Part shown: positions 58,692 through 64,000 of the stretch, in pieces
Numbering within the stretch: position 1 is the stretch's first letter
Layout of the letters: each line of letters starts with the position of its first letter
Origin: Mobula hypostoma
Taxonomy: Eukaryota
DNA: 64,000 nucleotides
Assembly (NCBI RefSeq): GCF_963921235.1
Contig: NC_086098.1
Location: forward strand, 4,588,001 to 4,652,000
Direction: 5' to 3'
Notes under the pieces: generated by a model
Told to the model about the DNA's origin: nothing
What the model saw: the letters and a program-made list of their open reading frames with translations, nothing else
Databases searched by the model: none
Program-made: the position numbers and the translations under genes

Positions 58692-59907
58692 CAGGGGTTC
58701 CCAAGCTTTCTCGCGCTGCGGACCGGTTTAATAGGTGACATTATTCTTGCGGACCGGCTGACCCGGGGGGGAGGAGGCGGGGGGTAGGGTTGCCAACGGA
58801 CAAGAGTAGCAGTCAAAAAATACGTTGTTTACCCCAGAAAGACTACAATGACCATGAAGCCTTGCACGGGCACCAGTGCGCATGCGTGACCTGCACATGT
58901 GTGTACCTGCCGATATTATTCTCTGCAAATCATTTTTGGCGATTCTGTTCGGGGGGTGGGAGGGGGTTAATCACGACCGGAATATCGGTAATAAGGGGCT
59001 AATACATTCAATTTCGTTTCTAAGAGGGTTTATCTAACGAACTTAATATTAAACACACAGTGCATATTTTCCTCGCATGAATACAGTGATAAGTCAATCA
59101 TCAGGAGAGGAGGGTGAGCTTGAAGTAAGTGTTGAACGAACTTCCAGTAGAAGTGGTAGAGGCAGTTTCGATATTATTTAAAGAATAATGGGATAGGTAT
59201 ATGGACAGGAAAGGAATGGAGGGTTATGGGCTGAGTGCAGGTCGGTGGGACTAGGTGAGAGTAGCGTTCGGCACGGACTAGAAGGGCCGAGATGGCCTGT
59301 TTCCGTGCTGTAATTGTTATATGGTTATATAAGTCATTTATCAGTCAATAGCATCATAACGTTTTAAGTAATGTTTGGATATTAAACACACGGCACATAT
59401 TTTCCCCGTATGAACATGTAAAATCATTGCAACACACCAATATCGCTGAATCAGTGGGAGCCCTGGGCTTGTTTTCCTGCAACAAGACGATCCCATCGAG
59501 GGGTGACGAGAGACAACGATACTCGAAGGGGGTTCCTTATGTCCAGTCTATTCCACAATTTAGTTTTCGTTGCATTCATTGCAGAGATATGTTGGAAATG
59601 GAAGCAATGTTTTCAGTGCTTTCGTGGCTATTTCAGGATATTTAGCCTTGACTTTGATCCAGAATGCCGGCAGAGATGTTATGTCAAACATACTTTTCAG
59701 CCCGCCGTCATTTGCAAGCTCGAGGAGTTGATCTCCTTCCTGCGCTGACATGGATGACGCGTGCGCAATGACCTTGCGTGTGTTCAAGCTCAACAGTGGG
59801 CGTGACAGGGAATGAGGAAAGATGCAGCTGACTCATATCGCCAAATCATATCGTTTCCTCACGGCCCGGTAGCAAATGCTCCGCGGTCCGGTGGTTGGGG
59901 ACCGCTG
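58692..59907 (-). mobile_element. hAT-Charlie (MER1/Charlie3-like) non-autonomous DNA transposon
   Basis: TIRs CAGGGGTTCCCAA / TTGGGGACCGCTG; perfect 8-bp TSD TATTAGAG (58684-58691 / 59908-59915) with central TA. Confidence 0.93.
59451..59745 (-). pseudogene. hAT transposase C-terminal dimerisation-domain remnant
   Basis: DQLLELANDGGLKSMF..SLPAFWIKVKAKYPEIATKALKTLLPFPT.. then TKTKL.NRLDI..RVSLS..TPRWDRLVAGKQAQGSH*. Confidence 0.9.
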
Positions 59908-60454
59908 TATTAGAGGAAGGTTTTTTACTCAGAGAGTGGTTGGTGTGTGGAATGCACTGCCTGAGTCAGTGGTGGGGGCAGATACACTAGTGAAGTTTAA
60001 GAGACTACTAGACAGGTATATGGAGGAATTTAAGGTGGGGGGGTTATATGAGAGGCAGGGTTTGAGGGTCAGCACAACCTTGTGGGCCGAAGGGCCTGTA
60101 CTGTGCTGTACTATTCTATGTTCTGTGTTCTATGGCAGAAGGGAAAACGTTGAGTGTGTGTATTTAAGCTCCTGTGCCTCCTCCCTAATGGTAGAAATTA
60201 CAATACAGTATGCTGAAAGCCTCAATGAAGTGTAAGTGTGAATCAGTGAACAAAGGGTAAGCAATTTTTCTGGAAATCTGAATCAAATTTAGTGTCATAG
60301 ACAAATGTAATGAAATTTGCTGCTTTGCAGCAGCAGTACAATGCAATACATACAAATTACTATAAATTAAAATATGAATATCTATTGAAGGAAAAAACAG
60401 TCAACATTTTGGGCCGAGACCCTTCAGCAGGAGGTACAATTTCCTTGGTTTGTT

Positions 60455-60765
60455 AGACCATAAGATAAAGGAGCAGAATTAGGCCATTTGGCCCATCGAG
60501 TCAGCGCCAGCATTTTATCATGGCTGGTCCATTTCTCTCTCAGCCCCAAACTCCCCGTATCCCTTCATGCCTGATTAATCAAGAATAATTCAGTCTCTGC
60601 CTTAAATATACATAAAGACTTGGGCTCCACAGCCACCTGTGGCAACAAATTCCACAGATTAACCACTGTCTAGCTAAAGTCCTTCTCAGCTCTGTTCTAA
60701 ATGGACACCCATCTGGTCTTAGACTCCCTAACCATAGGAAATGTTCTCTCCAAATCCACTCTATT
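60455..60765 (-). mobile_element. CR1 3' tail
   Basis: GACCATAAGA..GGAGCAGAATTAGGCCATT motif. Confidence 0.8.
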
Positions 60766-60774
60766 TACCTTTCC

Positions 60775-61815
60775 CAGGCTCTGTGTCCAGCACATAATTT
60801 ATCATAACTTTTACCAACCACAACATGGTCCCACCACCAGTTGTATCTTCCTCTCCCCATCCTGTTTCAGGATCATTCATTTTATCAGCCCGAAACGTCA
60901 GCTCTTTACTTGTTTCCATAGATGCTACCTAGCCTGCTGAGCTCCTCCAGTGTTTTGTGTGTGTTGCTAATTCATCTCTCCACATCCCAGGCAGTTTCAC
61001 ATGGAAGGTGTAACCCCTGTCCATATGCCTCTGATCATTAAGAATTTAAACAGCCCTTCCAGGTGAGGCAGAGATTCACGTGCACGTTCTCTAACTCTGA
61101 TCGTGGCGATTGGTGCTCTTGTTGGGGCCTCCCCTACATCAGTGAGTACAAACGAAAACCAGGGGACCACTTTGCTGGGTGTCATGACCTGCTGGAGCAC
61201 CCCGTAGTCCGCCGTCTCAACTCTGCTTTCTAGTAGGTCGGTCCATTATTCTGAGGTCCTCTGTTGTGGTGAGGCCAATCTCAGGTTGGAGGAGCAACAC
61301 CTCGTATTCCACCTGGGTAGCCATGAAGCCATGAATGTCCAGCTTCTGGTAATTCCCCCCCCCACCCTGTCATTCGCTTATTTTCCATTTGCCACTCTGG
61401 TTCCCACTCCCCCTTTCTCTTCTCCTCCCTTGCCCATCACTCTTCTCGAGTTCCCCTTCTTCCTTTTCTCCCATGGTCCACTCTCCTCTCCTATCAGATT
61501 CCTTCTTCTTCAGCCCTTTACTCTTCCACCTATCACCTCGCAGCTTTTTACTTCGTCCCCTCCTCTTCCACCTGACCACCTTCCCCTCACCTGCTCTCAC
61601 CTATCACCTGCCAGCTTGTGTTCCTCACCTTCTCCCCAACATTCTTATTCTGGGGATTTTTTCCCTTCCTTTCCAGTCCTGATGAAGGGTCTCGGCAGAA
61701 AATATCGACTGTTTATTCATTTCCGTTGATGCTGCCTGGCCAGTTGAGTTCCTCCAGCATTTTGTGTTTGTTACTCTGGATTTCCAGCATCTGCAGAATC
61801 TCTTGTGTTTATGAT
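60775..61815 (+). mobile_element. Decayed Penelope-like 3' part and pLTR
   Basis: FQVRQRFTC and LEEQHLVFHLGS remnants; mutated hammerhead at 61675-61711. Confidence 0.8.
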
Positions 61816-61857
61816 TTCAATTCCCCACTCCATTCCATAAAACCATGAGAGCAGAAT

Positions 61858-62136
61858 GAGCCAGAAACTCATTCCACCGAGATGCAACACAGAGTGTCGT
61901 AGGAAGTCATTCCTGCCTGCGGCCATCAAACTTTATAACTCCTCCCTTAGAGGGTCAGACACCCTGAGCCAATAGACTGGTCCTGGACTTATTTCCATCT
62001 GGCATAATTTACATATTATTTAATTATTTATGGTTTTATATTGCTATATTTATACTCTATTCTTGGTTGGTGCAAATGTAACAAAACCCAATTTCCCCCG
62101 GGATTAATGAAGTATGTCTATCTATCTATCTATCTA
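61858..62136 (+). mobile_element. Rex1-like 3' tail inserted in an antisense CR1 tail (61835-62585)
   Basis: RKSFLPAAIKLYN, (CTAT)n tail; AGAAT repeated at both junctions. Confidence 0.7.
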
Positions 62137-63014
62137 AAAGAATTAGGCTCCTTGGCTCATCAAGTCTGCTCCACCATTTCATCATGGCTGATCTATTTTC
62201 CCTCTCAGCCCCAATCTCTTGCCTTCCCCCCATATCCCTTCATGCACTGACCAATCAAGAATCTATCAACGTCTACCTTAAATATATGCTTGACCTCCTC
62301 TTGAGCTTCCTGTGGCGGTGAATTCCACAGATTCACCACTCTCTAAAGAACTTCCTCCTCATCTCCATTCTAAAAGGACACCCCTCTATGCTGAGACTGT
62401 GTCCTCTGGTCCTAGACATTCCCACTATAGGATACATTCTCTCCATATCCACTTTACCAAGGCCTTTCACCATTCAATATGTTTCAATGAGGTCATCCTT
62501 CATTCCTCTGAATTCCTGTGAGTTCAGTCCCAGAGCCATCAAGCGCTCTTCAAATGACAAGCCAAATAATCCTGGAATCATCCTCACACCAACCTGTCCA
62601 TCTCAGGCCTCCTCCACTGTCAGGGTGAGGCAAACCCAGACAACAGCTCATATTGCACCTGGGGACTCTACAACACAAAGACATGAATGTTGGGATCTCC
62701 AGTTTCTGGTAACTTGCACCCACTCTCAATTCCTTTCTCTCTCTTTCTGATCCACCAAGGTCCTCTAGGGCTTTTTTCTTTAAAGTGAAGGAGGATGAGA
62801 GGTGACTTGGTAGAGGTGTACAGGATGATAGGATGCACAGATTGAATGGAACTAGGGTATCCCCTGTACAGGGATTGGCCTGTGCAACTTCACCAGAGCT
62901 CTGGTGGCCAGCCCTACCCATTTCCACCTCTCACAACCGGTTAGACTTTGAGAAGAAAATTTTAAACACACTACAAATTAAAGGTGACAGCACAGTGGTT
63001 AGCACAACACCTTA

Positions 63015-64000
63015 CACCCTGCCTTTGACTTCCCTTGTCAGCCATGGTGCCTCTTCATATCTTTAGAATTCTCCTTCATTTTTGGGTTATATCTTTCTTG
63101 CAGCTTCCTAATTTCCTACAGAAACACCAGCCATTGTTGTTCTGCCATCATCCCTGCTAGTGTCCCCATTCCAATCAACATTAGCCAGCTCCTCTTTCAT
63201 GCCTCTGTAATTCCCTTTACTCCACTGTAATACTGATACATCTAATTTTAGCTTCTCCTTCTCAAACTGTAAGGTGAATTCTATATTATCATCACTGCCT
63301 CCTAAGGGTTCCTTCATCTTAAGTTTCCTAATCAAGTCTGGGTCATTACATAACACCCAATTCAGAAATTCTACTCCTCTAGTGTGAACAATTACAAACT
63401 GTTCTAAAAGACTATCACAACATTTTACATGTCTTTTTTTACCTTCTGTTGTAATTTGTATGCCACATCCTGGCTACTGTTCAGAGGATTGTATGCAACT
63501 CCCATCAGGGTCATTTTACCCTTGCAGTTTCTTAACGTTACCCACAAGGATTCTACATCTTCTATCCTGTCACCTCTTTCTAAAGATTTGATTTGATTTT
63601 TTTTACCAACAGAACCACCACATCCACTCTGCCTACCTGCCTGTCTTCTTGATACATCGTGCATCGTTGGATGTTACGTTCCCTACTATAACCTTCTTTC
63701 AGCCGCAATTCAGAGATGCCCCAACGTCGTTCCTGCCAACCTTCAACTGCGCCATAAGATCACCTACTTTATTCCATATACTGTGTATCTTCAAATATAA
63801 CATCCTTTTTGATTTTAGCCCCCTGTTACACTTAATTTATCTCACCGACTGCAATTTTGCCCGAACATCTGCCTGTCCTTCCTCACAATCTCACTACATA
63901 CTGCATCTGACTTGTTAACCAACTGCCCATCCTCAGCTCTGTCACTCCAGTTCCCATTCCCCTGACAAATTAGTTTAAACTCCCCCCTGCAGTTCTAGCA
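63015..64000 (-). mobile_element. CR1 endonuclease-region fragment
   Basis: ORFs 63425-63664 (VESLWV.LRN.KGK.TLMGV) and 63108-63356 (PLGGSD.NIEF). Confidence 0.85.

Larger units (their letters stand above)
57915..60133 (+). mobile_element. CR1 3' half split by a hAT element
   Basis: GVPQGSVLGP, FADD and ORF 58116; resumes at 59916 with FFTQRVVGVWN and a tail. Confidence 0.93.

Noticed and set aside
59560..59793. ZBED5/SCAND3-like host gene
   Set aside because: Only a C-terminal remnant inside TIRs with a TSD, so a transposon derivative.

Overview
Eukaryotic, repeat-dominated DNA, most likely from a cartilaginous fish (ray/shark-type repeat complement; inferred from the TE families, not proven). 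I found no confidently identifiable host gene, rRNA, functional tRNA or CRISPR array; the recognisable ORFs are transposable-element fragments and the rest look like noise. Contents: many CR1 LINE pieces (one young copy with an uninterrupted RT ORF at 21.5-24.0 kb), Rex1/Babar-like LINEs, RTE and R4/Dong fragments, tRNA-derived SINEs, Penelope-like elements, three solo LTRs with 4-bp TSDs, a Charlie-type hAT element with an 8-bp TSD, Tc1-like MITEs and two minisatellites. A decayed Gypsy provirus (32.7-45.5 kb) carries insertions nested four levels deep. The most notable signal is a set of short Penelope pLTR-derived inserts carrying minimal hammerhead-ribozyme motifs. Several have their own TSDs, and one forms a 99-bp-arm palindrome centred at the ribozyme. 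The unique AT-rich islands between repeats may be conserved non-coding elements or weak candidate exons.
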